From: Calditrichia bacterium
GTDB lineage: Bacteria; Calditrichota; Calditrichia; JAJRVZ01
Assembly: GCA_963796965.1 (NCBI GenBank)
Contig: CAWCNS010000007.1
Coordinates: 256,001 to 320,000 of the forward strand
Length of the DNA: 64,000 nt
Direction of reading: 5' to 3'
Shown: one piece after another, positions 10,920-20,528 of the stretch
How the letters are laid out: each line of letters opens with the position of its first letter
Numbering within the stretch: position 1 is the stretch's first letter
The notes under the pieces: model-generated
What the model was told of the DNA's origin: nothing
Seen by the model: only the letters and a program-made list of their open reading frames with translations
The model's database searches: none
Made by a program: the position numbers and the translations under genes

Positions 10920-13007
10920 TTAGTTTATTTGAATACCGACAAATATTAAACGCCCGGGAAGAGCGACAACCTCGCGATTCTGATAGTCAAAAATATTATT
11001 AATCTCAAGATAGACAGACAGGGGTTCATAAACCCTTTGTTGAACTCTGGTAAACCAAGTCGCATACCAGGGGGCTAAAATTTCTTCCCCCTGAAAGTTT
11101 ATATACAATCTGTCTCCAATATATCTCCATCGAATATTTCCGGAAAAACCGAAATCTGTGATATCCCAGTCAAATTTAACTCTCGCTGAATGTTTCGGTC
11201 GATTAAAAAATGGTTTATCCCGTGCAATATCGAGCGTTTCCAGGTAGCTATAGCCTAGAGTAAAGCGAAAATAATCCCAGAATCTAAACATGCCATCAAA
11301 TTCAAAACCCTGTGTTTTAGCTGCTGATAGATTTTCATAGGTATAATATTGGATTCCTTCATTGTCAGTATAAAGAAAAAGACTATTTATCATGTTTTTT
11401 AAATAATTGTGAAAAGCATTGAACTTGAAAATTGTCTGTGCTGACAAATGATACTCGATTCCCAAATTAAGACTCATTGAAGTTTCTGGTTGAAGGTTGG
11501 GGTTTCCATAAGCTATATATGGCTGTGACGTTAGTCCTGAGTGGTCAAGTTCAAGAAATAGTTCAATAAAGTTTGGTGCACGGAAACCGTTACTAAATGA
11601 ACCGCGGATGCGGAAATCTTCACCCGGTTTAATTAAAAATCCTACCTTCGGTGAATAATTCCAGTTAAATTCAGAGTGATAATCTACCCGCAATCCAAGA
11701 TTATATTCAATCCATCCATATATCACTTCATCCTGAACATAGAGAGAAGCATTCTGTACAGACTTAGACCCCCCATCGACCCTATTCGAAATTAATTTAT
11801 TATTAGTCACCTCGCTACCGATAGTTAAGATATGGTTCGAAATAGTCCTGTTATAGATGAACTCACCTTTACTTAAATCTTCAATATTTTGGACCAGCAT
11901 ATCTTCGCGAGATATGTTCTTGGTATAAGATGTATGAAAGAGACGGAAAATAAATTTTGATGAATTCTTTAATTCCCAATTATTATTTGCTGAGGCATAC
12001 CATGACTCAGTATCCGTAATGCGAAAACCTCCATCAAAGCCTTCCTGGCGTTGATTAAAATAATTACCACTTGCCTGAAGCGAATATGCATCCGAAACCT
12101 GGTGTTTTATTTTTCCAAAAAGAGTATAGTTGTTAAATGCATCGGCTGTCGTATTAGCGGTAGTGGGATCAAGGTCATATCCATCCGCCTTATGAAACTC
12201 TCCCGTAGTGAGGAAGCTGGTTTTATTTTGGGCAAAAGATAAGTCAAGTTTTGCATTACGCGCCTCATAGCTGCCTACATTTGCATTTCCAGCATAATTA
12301 AATAAATCTTCCGGGTCTTTCGTAATTATATTGATGACCCCTCCAACCGCTTCGCTGCCATATAAAGATGAAGCCGCTCCTTTAACGATTTCAATTCTTT
12401 CGATATTCTGAACTGATAAACGTGATAAGTCCAGTTGACCAGCAATCCTTCCAATTACTGGGGTTCCATCTACAAGAATCAAAGTATGTTCGTCATTTAA
12501 TCCCTGTAATTGGGCACTCAGCAGCCCACCACGGACGCCATCCTGATTAATAATAATTCCTGCACGCTCCTCTAAAACTTGTCCAACATTTTGGGCGCCA
12601 AGGTTTTTTATTTCATCCGCATGGATAACCTCTGTGGTAACTGGACTATCTTTAACCAAACGCTTTGTTCTGGTGCCAGTAACAACGATATTAGAGGCAT
12701 CATATATAGTCTCGGTCATACTTAAAATAAGGTCAGGGTTATCGCCGTCAACGACAATTATTGTGGGACCGGATTTAAGACGATAGCCAACAAAATCCAC
12801 TTTCAATATGTACTCACCATCAGGAATATTTTTTATTGAAAACTTTCCATTTTTATCAGAGGCTGTACCAAATGGCGTACTTTCAATGTAGATATTTGCG
12901 CCGACTACTGGTAATCCGGAATCTTCAAAGACTATTCTTCCGGAGATTGAGGAAGCGATAGAGGAAGTAACCAAAAAAAGTAGGATATATATGACAACAA
13001 TACGCAT
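10920..13007 (-). CDS. TonB-dependent outer-membrane receptor (HmuR/CirA-like)
   Basis: Signal peptide, N-terminal CarboxypepD-like domain, IVVTGTRT, ERIEIVKGAASSLYGSEAVGGVINIIT, GFRAP, NPNLQPE, terminal PGRLIFVGIQIN; GGAG RBS before ATG 13007. Confidence 0.93.
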   Translation of the reverse strand: MRIVVIYILLFLVTSSIASSISGRIVFEDSGLPVVGANIYIESTPFGTASDKNGKFSIKNIPDGEYILKVDFVGYRLKSGPTIIVVDGDNPDLILSMTETIYDASNIVVTGTRTKRLVKDSPVTTEVIHADEIKNLGAQNVGQVLEERAGIIINQDGVRGGLLSAQLQGLNDEHTLILVDGTPVIGRIAGQLDLSRLSVQNIERIEIVKGAASSLYGSEAVGGVINIITKDPEDLFNYAGNANVGSYEARNAKLDLSFAQNKTSFLTTGEFHKADGYDLDPTTANTTADAFNNYTLFGKIKHQVSDAYSLQASGNYFNQRQEGFDGGFRITDTESWYASANNNWELKNSSKFIFRLFHTSYTKNISREDMLVQNIEDLSKGEFIYNRTISNHILTIGSEVTNNKLISNRVDGGSKSVQNASLYVQDEVIYGWIEYNLGLRVDYHSEFNWNYSPKVGFLIKPGEDFRIRGSFSNGFRAPNFIELFLELDHSGLTSQPYIAYGNPNLQPETSMSLNLGIEYHLSAQTIFKFNAFHNYLKNMINSLFLYTDNEGIQYYTYENLSAAKTQGFEFDGMFRFWDYFRFTLGYSYLETLDIARDKPFFNRPKHSARVKFDWDITDFGFSGNIRWRYIGDRLYINFQGEEILAPWYATWFTRVQQRVYEPLSVYLEINNIFDYQNREVVALPGRLIFVGIQIN

Positions 13008-13037
13008 TAAATTCTCCAAATATAAATATTAGTAGTA

Positions 13038-13053
13038 TGCAAATATCATACCA
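13038..13053 (-). promoter_or_regulatory. sigma54 (-24/-12) promoter of the TonB receptor-hmuY operon
   Basis: Minus strand TGGTATGATATTTGCA with exact GG-N10-GC spacing, about 30 bp upstream of the start codon. Confidence 0.8.
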
Positions 13054-13147
13054 GAATGAAAACGTAAAAAGAAAGTGCATAAACGCCTTTATTTAAGTAT
13101 ATTATAAGAAAATATTAAAAATAAAATATTGAAAATTGTGCAAATCA

Positions 13148-13185
13148 TTTCAATATGAAACATGCTTGTGTCAATATGAAACATG
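13148..13185. promoter_or_regulatory. tandem palindromic sites, putative upstream activating sequence
   Basis: TCAATATGAAACATG at 13150 and 13171 (21-bp period); each reads as TTTCA-N3-TGAAA or TGTGTCA-N3-TGAAACA. Confidence 0.7.
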
Positions 13186-14014
13186 GAATTTGATATGTTG
13201 TTTACAGTTTTAAGGGTTCTTTCGCCGTTTTTTTATTTACTTTCAGCAATTTATTTTTTCAAATTCTTTAGCAATCGCAATTTGAAGGATCTTCAGAGGG
13301 GAAATACGCTAGATGTGTTGGCGATAGTGCTTCATTTTTTATTTTTGGTAAGCCTCACATTGGAAAGCGGGCATCCGCCGTTGGCGGGTGCTTTTCAGGC
13401 GATGTCTACATTTATGCTATTTTTCGCAATTTTGTCAAAAGTGATTGCCCCCGATTCAAAAGACTATAGCATCGGTTTTTTTAATACAAGCCTATTGTTT
13501 GTTCTGCAATTGATCTCCGTAGTTAATATTTCCCCTTCCACCGTTCTTCCCGACATTTTAAAGAATGTCTATTTTGAAGTTCATGTCATCTTAAATCTAA
13601 TCGGCTATGCTTCTTTTTCATCTGCATTCCTTTTGTCCTTTATGTATTTATTGTTGTTTTATGAAATTAAGGGCAATCAACTGGGTTACTTTTACGACCG
13701 CCTTCCTTCATTGGCATATCTGGAAAAATTAAATCGCCGGGCTATTATAGTGGGATTTGTTTTTAGTACCCTGGGAATTTTTTCGGGTGCATTTACGGGG
13801 ATGTATGCCTGGGGTCAATTTTGGGCCTGGGATCCAAAACTGGTTTCCGCTACTCATTGCCTGGTTAGTCTATGGAGTAGCAATTATAGGCAGTTACAAA
13901 TATGGGTGGCCAGGAAAGAAAATAGCTTATATCAGTTTTCTAAGTTTTTTGTGGATAATTTTCTCAATGTTGGTTATAACGCAGTATTTTTCAGGTATTC
14001 ATTCTTTTGCTTAA
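13183..14014 (+). CDS. CcsA/HemX-like heme-handling membrane protein (frameshift near 13850; start may be 13195)
   Basis: Multiple TM segments, EVHV His, LPSLAYLEKLNRR, WGQFWAWDPK tryptophan-rich motif, terminal GIHSFA. Confidence 0.88.
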
Positions 14015-14028
14015 CGGAATAAAAATTT

Positions 14029-15998
14029 ATGCATTTATATAGATTCAGACTTTCAGATAAATTTTATATAAAGCCCGCAGATAGTTCTTATTTACGTAGT
14101 ATATACCGCAGGATTAAAGATACCAATCAAGAAGAATTATTAATTATCAGAAAAGATAGAAATTTAGAGATTTTTCTTGTTGGTCAGAAGCCTGAGCATG
14201 TACGAAACAAATTTCTAAAATTATTTCACTCGGAATTAAGTAATAATGGTTTAGAAGCGACTGAAGAATTAAGTGATAGAGATGCGCTACGCTATTTTTT
14301 AGAGCTTGTATTAGGATTGCATTCAGGTTTACCTGCAGATCCAGCACAATTTTTGCATATTAAAGAGGAATTTAATCTTGCGCTCGATGAAGGATCTGTG
14401 GGGATATTTATATCAAATATGTATAGGGAAGCCGAAAGATTAGGAAATATCCTCCAGGCAGATCCTGTGATAAAAAAAAATTGCATCTCTTATCCTGATG
14501 TCTTGCTGGACATTTCTACTAAAATATCCGGTGATATAGGGGGTTTTCAGTTCATCATTCTTGGCAATGATAAAAAAATTATAAATCAATTCATTTCTGT
14601 GATAGGGACGGATAAAGAAAAAAAAATATATTATTATCATGAAGATTTTAATGAAGCTTACCGGGAGGGGATTGCCCTCGGATGTATTCCAATCGATAAC
14701 AAGCAATTGTTGAATATTCTTGATAAAAGTACTGTATTTATTGACTTTAGCAAATCAGACGGAAGCCTTCTTGACAATATTTTTAAACTAATTCAAGAAC
14801 ACCGTAATTTTCTGTATATCTATTTTAATTTTGTAAATAAAAAATTTGATGACCATGTTTTTAAGTTAAATAATCTATTTATACAAAATAGAAACCAAAT
14901 AGCCGGTTTGATTGATTTACATACACGAAACAGGATTCAATATTTAAATGCCTTTGACAGCAATATAGAAGATTCAATTAAACGTTTCTATGATTGGCTT
15001 TACTCTGCAGATAGATTTGTTTTTGAAAACATGGTATCCGCTGACAAAAGAATGCAAAAGGTATTTGAACTTATGCGGCGGATTGCTCCGTCTGATGTAA
15101 GTGTATTGATATCTGGAGAAACAGGTACAGGGAAAGAATTGATCGCCAGAGGCTCTGCATAGCCGATCACCGCGGGCCGATAAACCCTTTGTGGCTGTAA
15201 ACTGTAGTGCCATCCCGGATACACTATTAGAAAGTGAATTATTTGGATATGAAAAAGGTGCTTTTACCGGGGCTTATTCATCCAAGGTGGGGCTCGTGGA
15301 ATTGGCGTCCGGTGGAACTCTCTTTCTGGATGAAATTGGAGATCTTCCGCCTATTATTCAGGTGAAACTACTTCGTGTTTTACAGGAACGGGAAATATTA
15401 AGACTGGGGAGTACAAAACAAATTAAAGTGGATATTAGGTTGGTAACTGCCACAAATCAAGATCTGGAAGAGATGGCCATAGAAGGCAGGTTCCGTTCAG
15501 ATCTTTATTATCGTGTCAATACGGTTCAAATTAATTTACCTGCCTTAAGAGATCGGAAAGAAGACATTCCCTTACTTACTAATTACTTCGTAAATAGTTT
15601 GAATCGCAAATCAAATAAACATATAAGCAGAATTTCCCAAACGGTGGAACAAAAATTTGCAGATTATGATTGGCCGGGAAATATAAGAGAGTTAGAAAAT
15701 ATTATAGAAAGGGCCTTTGCGGTTTCTATTGGAGAGGAAATAACAGAATCTGATCTGCCAAATCGGCTACAGGAATTTGCTGGTGCTCAATTTGTGTTCT
15801 CAAGTAAGAAAGATATACAAGTGGAATCACTTAAAGAGACTTGAGGCCGCCCGGATTAAGGACCTCTTAATCAATAAAAATATAACACTTTCTGAATCAG
15901 CCAAGATCCTTGGTATAGGTCGAACGACTTTATGGCGAAAAATGAGGGAATACGGTATATACAAAAATGAATCTGAGGGAAAATTTGACATCCGGTAA
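14029..15998 (+). CDS. sigma54-dependent activator with N-terminal degenerate HemA-like domain and C-terminal Fis-type HTH (frameshifts near 15150 and 15838)
   Basis: HemA-like part ([46 protein letters not shown]) is in frame with [12 protein letters not shown]; then [28 protein letters not shown] and [18 protein letters not shown]. Confidence 0.88.
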
Positions 15999-16929
15999 AA
16001 CTGATTCCAATATTGCTATTATTGTCCATGGTGGTGCCTGGGATATACCCATACCGTTTCACGAATCACATCTATCAGGAGTAGAGAAGGCGGTTAGGGA
16101 GGGGCATCGCTGTCTTTTGGAAGGTAATAATGCCGTTTATTCTGCGATACTTGCCGTAAAAATGATGGAGAATGATCCCACATTTGATGCTGGTCATGGC
16201 TCCTTTCTTAACCGAAACGGTGAGGTCGAAATGGATGCGATTATTATGGACGGGTCAGATCTCTCTTTCGGAGCAGTTGCGGCCATACAAAATGTAAAGA
16301 ATCCAATTGAAGTTGCGGAGCTGGTACGTATAAAAACGGATCATTCTTTTCTGGTTGGAAGCGGAGCATCGCAGTTTGCGAGGGAGAATGGTATATCTTT
16401 CTATCCAACTGAAAATCTTTTGGTAGGCAGAGAGCTGGAAAGGTTTGAGGAGTTAAAACTCAAAAAAAATATAAAAACCCGAGAATTCTTCGAATCCGAG
16501 GGCCCATCAGATACTGTTGGCGCAGTAACTATCGATAAATATGGTAATATTGCGGTCGCGACATCCACAGGCGGTACTCCTAATAAATTACCAGGACGCG
16601 TAGGAGATAGCCCCTTGATCGGGAGTGGGGCCTATGCAGATAATACGATCGGTGGTGCTTCTTCTACCGGATGGGGTGAATCGCTTATGAAAGTTGTGTT
16701 GGCAAAAACAATCCTTGATAATATTTCGCACGATAAAAATGCTACTGAGGCCTGTAGGAATGGAATTGGGAATCTTTCAAAACGGGTGGATGGAAAGGGA
16801 GGCGTCATTTGCCTTGACCGGTATGGTAAGGTGGGGTATGCCTTCAATACACCTTATATGGCCAGAGCCATAGCCGATCATAGTGGTGTGGTCCATATTG
16901 GTATAAGATCTGAAGAATTGGTTGATTGA
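15967..16929 (+). CDS. iaaA: isoaspartyl peptidase / type-2 L-asparaginase (Ntn hydrolase)
   Basis: IVHGGA, EMDAIIMDG, DTVGAV, ATSTGG, GRVGDSP. Confidence 0.9.
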   Translation: MNLRENLTSGKTDSNIAIIVHGGAWDIPIPFHESHLSGVEKAVREGHRCLLEGNNAVYSAILAVKMMENDPTFDAGHGSFLNRNGEVEMDAIIMDGSDLSFGAVAAIQNVKNPIEVAELVRIKTDHSFLVGSGASQFARENGISFYPTENLLVGRELERFEELKLKKNIKTREFFESEGPSDTVGAVTIDKYGNIAVATSTGGTPNKLPGRVGDSPLIGSGAYADNTIGGASSTGWGESLMKVVLAKTILDNISHDKNATEACRNGIGNLSKRVDGKGGVICLDRYGKVGYAFNTPYMARAIADHSGVVHIGIRSEELVD

Positions 16930-16932
16930 ATC

Positions 16933-17769
16933 ATGAAATTTAAGACACTTATAAGTTTCTATCTGCTTGCACGTCCTGCCAACGTTTTGATTGCCTTTCT
17001 CACTATCATAATTGCGGCAAAACTTGCAGGAGGCTTAGATCCAATTGGTAATGTCCTCCTGGCTGCGGTGTCAGCCTCCCTGATCATGATTGGCGCCAAT
17101 ATTATCAACGATTATTACGATATAGATATTGATAAAATTAATAAACCACACCGTCCACTTGCCAACGGAACTATATCTACTAAGCAAGCATTGGTTTATT
17201 GTTCTGTGGTTTTCGTTATTGCCTGGTTATGCGCTGCGGCTATCAATCTGGAAATGTTTTTAATAGCCTCTTTTTTTAGTTTACTTTTAATTCTCTATAG
17301 TTATCGCCTAAAAAGAACCATTATTTGGGGAAATCTGGTTGTTAGTGTAACAACCGCGATGGCCTTTGTTTATGGAGGCGGCGCCGTTGGTAATTATCAA
17401 AAGACTCTTTTTCCTGCTGCTTTTGCATTTCTTTTTCATTTTGGACGTGAGATTTTAAAAGATATTCAGGATATGGAAGGGGATGAGAAGAACGGTGCTA
17501 TTACTTATCCAATTAAATATGGCATTCACAATTCTGTTGTTCTGATCATGATAGATTTTATTTTGTTGATAATTCTGACAATAATTCCTTATATTTTGAA
17601 TATATATTCTGAAAAATATTTTATAGTTATATGCATCGGAATCTATCCCATACTCACCTATGTATTGTGGCAAGCATATAATAAACCGAATCCTCACAGG
17701 ATTGGATATTTAAGCAACTTGCTAAAAGCGGATATGCTTATCGGACTTCTGGCAATATACTTGGGTTAA
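16933..17769 (+). CDS. UbiA prenyltransferase, DGGGP-synthase-like
   Basis: NDYYDIDIDKINKPHRPL and REILKDIQDMEGD Asp-rich motifs. Confidence 0.85.
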   Translation: MKFKTLISFYLLARPANVLIAFLTIIIAAKLAGGLDPIGNVLLAAVSASLIMIGANIINDYYDIDIDKINKPHRPLANGTISTKQALVYCSVVFVIAWLCAAAINLEMFLIASFFSLLLILYSYRLKRTIIWGNLVVSVTTAMAFVYGGGAVGNYQKTLFPAAFAFLFHFGREILKDIQDMEGDEKNGAITYPIKYGIHNSVVLIMIDFILLIILTIIPYILNIYSEKYFIVICIGIYPILTYVLWQAYNKPNPHRIGYLSNLLKADMLIGLLAIYLG

Positions 17770-17771
17770 AT

Positions 17772-18371
17772 ATGTTATCTTTGTTAAAAAATCTTGATGA
17801 ATATGAGATTGTTCTAGCCTCTGAATCACCGCGTCGATTTGAGTTATTAAAAATGATAGGACTTGATTTTAAAGTACGCCCAAGTCACATTGAAGAACTC
17901 AATAGAAATAATCTCTCACCTGTTGAATATGTCATCGAAAATGCACAAATGAAAGGTAAGGTAGTAGCGGAGAAAGCACCGCGCGCCATCGTAATTTCAG
18001 CCGATACCATAGTCGTTTATAAATCTGAAATTCTTGAGAAACCTCATGATGAATCTCATGCCCGAGAAATATTAAGACGTCTTAGTGACAATACGCATGA
18101 GGTAATTACGGGCTTTGGTATTACGTATCTTCACAAAGACAAAACTGTTTTTGATTATGAAAAAACAAAAGTTACCTTCAGAAATCTTAGCCAGGGTGAG
18201 ATTAGGGCATATGTAAACAGTGGGGAGCCATTTGATAAGGCAGGAGGATATGGTGCCCAGGGCATGGGTTCTTTGTTGATTAAAAAGGTTGATGGATGTT
18301 TTTTTAACGTAGTAGGACTACCGCTCGCTAAATTTTTCTTCACACTTGATAAATTCTTGACGCAATTATAA
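17772..18371 (+). CDS. maf: Maf nucleotide pyrophosphatase
   Basis: LASESPRR, ISADTIV, EPFDKAGGYGAQG, NVVGLP. Confidence 0.95.
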   Translation: MLSLLKNLDEYEIVLASESPRRFELLKMIGLDFKVRPSHIEELNRNNLSPVEYVIENAQMKGKVVAEKAPRAIVISADTIVVYKSEILEKPHDESHAREILRRLSDNTHEVITGFGITYLHKDKTVFDYEKTKVTFRNLSQGEIRAYVNSGEPFDKAGGYGAQGMGSLLIKKVDGCFFNVVGLPLAKFFFTLDKFLTQL

Positions 18372-18480
18372 TTTTACTAAAATTAAAGTCATTAAATACG
18401 TGATATTGAATTTAAAAATCTACGACACATGATAGTATGAAATCATCTCGTCACGATCATATCCTGTTTGGAATGCAAAT

Positions 18481-18924
18481 ATGATGTTTAATCAAGAAAT
18501 AACAACAAAGATCTTAGTGGTGGATGATGATCCTAATATGATAAATCTGATTAAGTTTTATCTGGTAAAGGATAATGTGGAAATTACAGCTTCCAATGAT
18601 GGTATAGATGCATTAACTATACTTGCCAATCAATCCTTTGATTTGATTCTTATCGATATGTTGATGCCCAAAATGGATGGCCGAACGCTTCTCAAAAATA
18701 TAATACATGAATATAATATCAAAGTACCGGTCATTGTTGTCACTGCACATGGACCTACCGACAATCTAATGGAATTGATAGAAGAAGGTGCCTACGATAT
18801 TCTTCAAAAACCTTTCACAACAAACCGCTTAAAATTAACTCTCCACAATGCTCTCAAGCACAAAGCTCTTTCCGAAGCATACGAAGAATCAATTGTTGCT
18901 AATACCAAAGGTAGTCTTTCTTAA
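18481..18924 (+). CDS. single-domain response regulator receiver
   Basis: ILVVDDD, DMLMPKMDG, TAHG, QKPF; no output domain. Confidence 0.9.
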   Translation: MMFNQEITTKILVVDDDPNMINLIKFYLVKDNVEITASNDGIDALTILANQSFDLILIDMLMPKMDGRTLLKNIIHEYNIKVPVIVVTAHGPTDNLMELIEEGAYDILQKPFTTNRLKLTLHNALKHKALSEAYEESIVANTKGSLS

Positions 18925-20528
18925 TGGGGGCCGAGACTGATTTTTTAGTAATCGGCAGTGGGATAGCTGGGTTAAGTTTTGCTTTAAATGCAGCAAAATT
19001 TGGCCATGTTATTATCATAACAAAAAAGGATGACAAGGAGTCCAATACCAATTATGCCCAGGGCGGAATTGCCTCGGTAATGGATAAAAGCGATAGTTTT
19101 GCCTCACATATTGAAGATACATTAAAGGCGGGCGCAGATTTATGTCATAGAGAAGCAGTCAAATTTATGGTGGAAAATGGCCCCTCATCCATTAAAAACT
19201 TAATTGAAACAGGTGTAAAATTTTCACATGAAAAGGACAATGAACTTGCCCTCACCAGGGAAGGTGGACATTCCAAAGATAGGATTGTCCATGCCTATGA
19301 TTATACGGGTAGAGAGATTGAGCGCGCTCTTCTTGCAAAAGCAAAAGGAAATCCAAAAATTGAGATATATGAAAATCATATTGCTATTGATCTGATCACG
19401 GAACACCAGACCGACATTAAGGATTATAGCAAGGGTGTTCATTGCTGGGGTGCCTATGTTCTGGATATTGATAATAATTCTGTTAAAACAATCAAAGCTT
19501 CTGCAACATTATTATCAACCGGGGGATGTGGACAAGTATATTTGCACACGACCAATCCCTCTATCGCAACAGGTGATGGGGTCGCCATGGCCTACCGGGC
19601 GGGTGCTCAAATTGCAAATATGGAATTTATGCAATTTCATCCTACAACCTTATACTATGAAGGAAACCGGTCATTCCTAATTTCTGAAGCGGTCAGGGGA
19701 TACGGAGCAGTCTTAAGAAATCAATCTGGAGAAGCCTTTATGGCAAAATATCACAAAAGCGGGGAATTAGCTCCAAGAGATATTGTTGCCCGTGCTATCG
19801 ATCGCGAGATGAAAATCAGCGGTGATCCATGTGTATATCTTGACCTTACTCATAAAAATGCTAATGCAATTAGTAAAAGATTTCCAAATATTTATACACA
19901 ATGTCTTGAGTATAAGATTGATATTACTTCTGAGTGGATTCCTGTCGTTCCAGCTGCCCATTATATGTGCGGAGGAGTAATGGTGGATATGGTTGGGAAA
20001 ACATCAATACAGGGATTATTTGCATGCGGTGAAGTTGCATTTACAGGGGTTCATGGAGCCAACCGGTTGGCAAGTAACTCACTACTTGAAGCGGTTGTTT
20101 TTAGTCAGGTTGCAGTAGGTGCGGCAGGGGATTATGCGAAAGATCAGAAGGGAAAAATACCCGAAATATTTTCCTGGAACCAGGAAGGCACTTTTAACCA
20201 GGATGAGTGGGTTTTCCTGGTTCATGACCGACATGTTATCAGAGAAGTAATGTGGGATTATGTTGGAATTGTAAGATCTGATTTCAGGTTGGACCGTGCT
20301 AAAAGACGGGTGGATATTTTTGCCTCTGAGATTGAAGATTTTTATAAAAAGACCGTAGTTACAAATGATTTAATCGAGCTAAGGAATATCGCAACCGTAG
20401 CTCAGCTTATTATTCAATCAGCACGTAAACGAAAAGAAAGCAGGGGGCTTCATTATAATACGGATTATCCTGGAAAAGATGATCGTCACCAAAAAACAGA
20501 TACAATTCTATCACATCCGGTATTTTAA
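18924..20528 (+). CDS. nadB: L-aspartate oxidase
   Basis: GSGIAGL, YAQGGIA, EGGHS, QFHPT, LISEAVRG, HGANRLASNSLLE. Confidence 0.97.
   Translation: MGAETDFLVIGSGIAGLSFALNAAKFGHVIIITKKDDKESNTNYAQGGIASVMDKSDSFASHIEDTLKAGADLCHREAVKFMVENGPSSIKNLIETGVKFSHEKDNELALTREGGHSKDRIVHAYDYTGREIERALLAKAKGNPKIEIYENHIAIDLITEHQTDIKDYSKGVHCWGAYVLDIDNNSVKTIKASATLLSTGGCGQVYLHTTNPSIATGDGVAMAYRAGAQIANMEFMQFHPTTLYYEGNRSFLISEAVRGYGAVLRNQSGEAFMAKYHKSGELAPRDIVARAIDREMKISGDPCVYLDLTHKNANAISKRFPNIYTQCLEYKIDITSEWIPVVPAAHYMCGGVMVDMVGKTSIQGLFACGEVAFTGVHGANRLASNSLLEAVVFSQVAVGAAGDYAKDQKGKIPEIFSWNQEGTFNQDEWVFLVHDRHVIREVMWDYVGIVRSDFRLDRAKRRVDIFASEIEDFYKKTVVTNDLIELRNIATVAQLIIQSARKRKESRGLHYNTDYPGKDDRHQKTDTILSHPVF

Noticed and set aside
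13055..13147. Fur box or IHF site in the divergent spacer
   Set aside because: Only loose matches in very AT-rich DNA.
14029..15030. Calling this a functional hemA
   Set aside because: The catalytic Cys and the NADPH-binding GxG motif are absent, and no hemBCDL genes are nearby.
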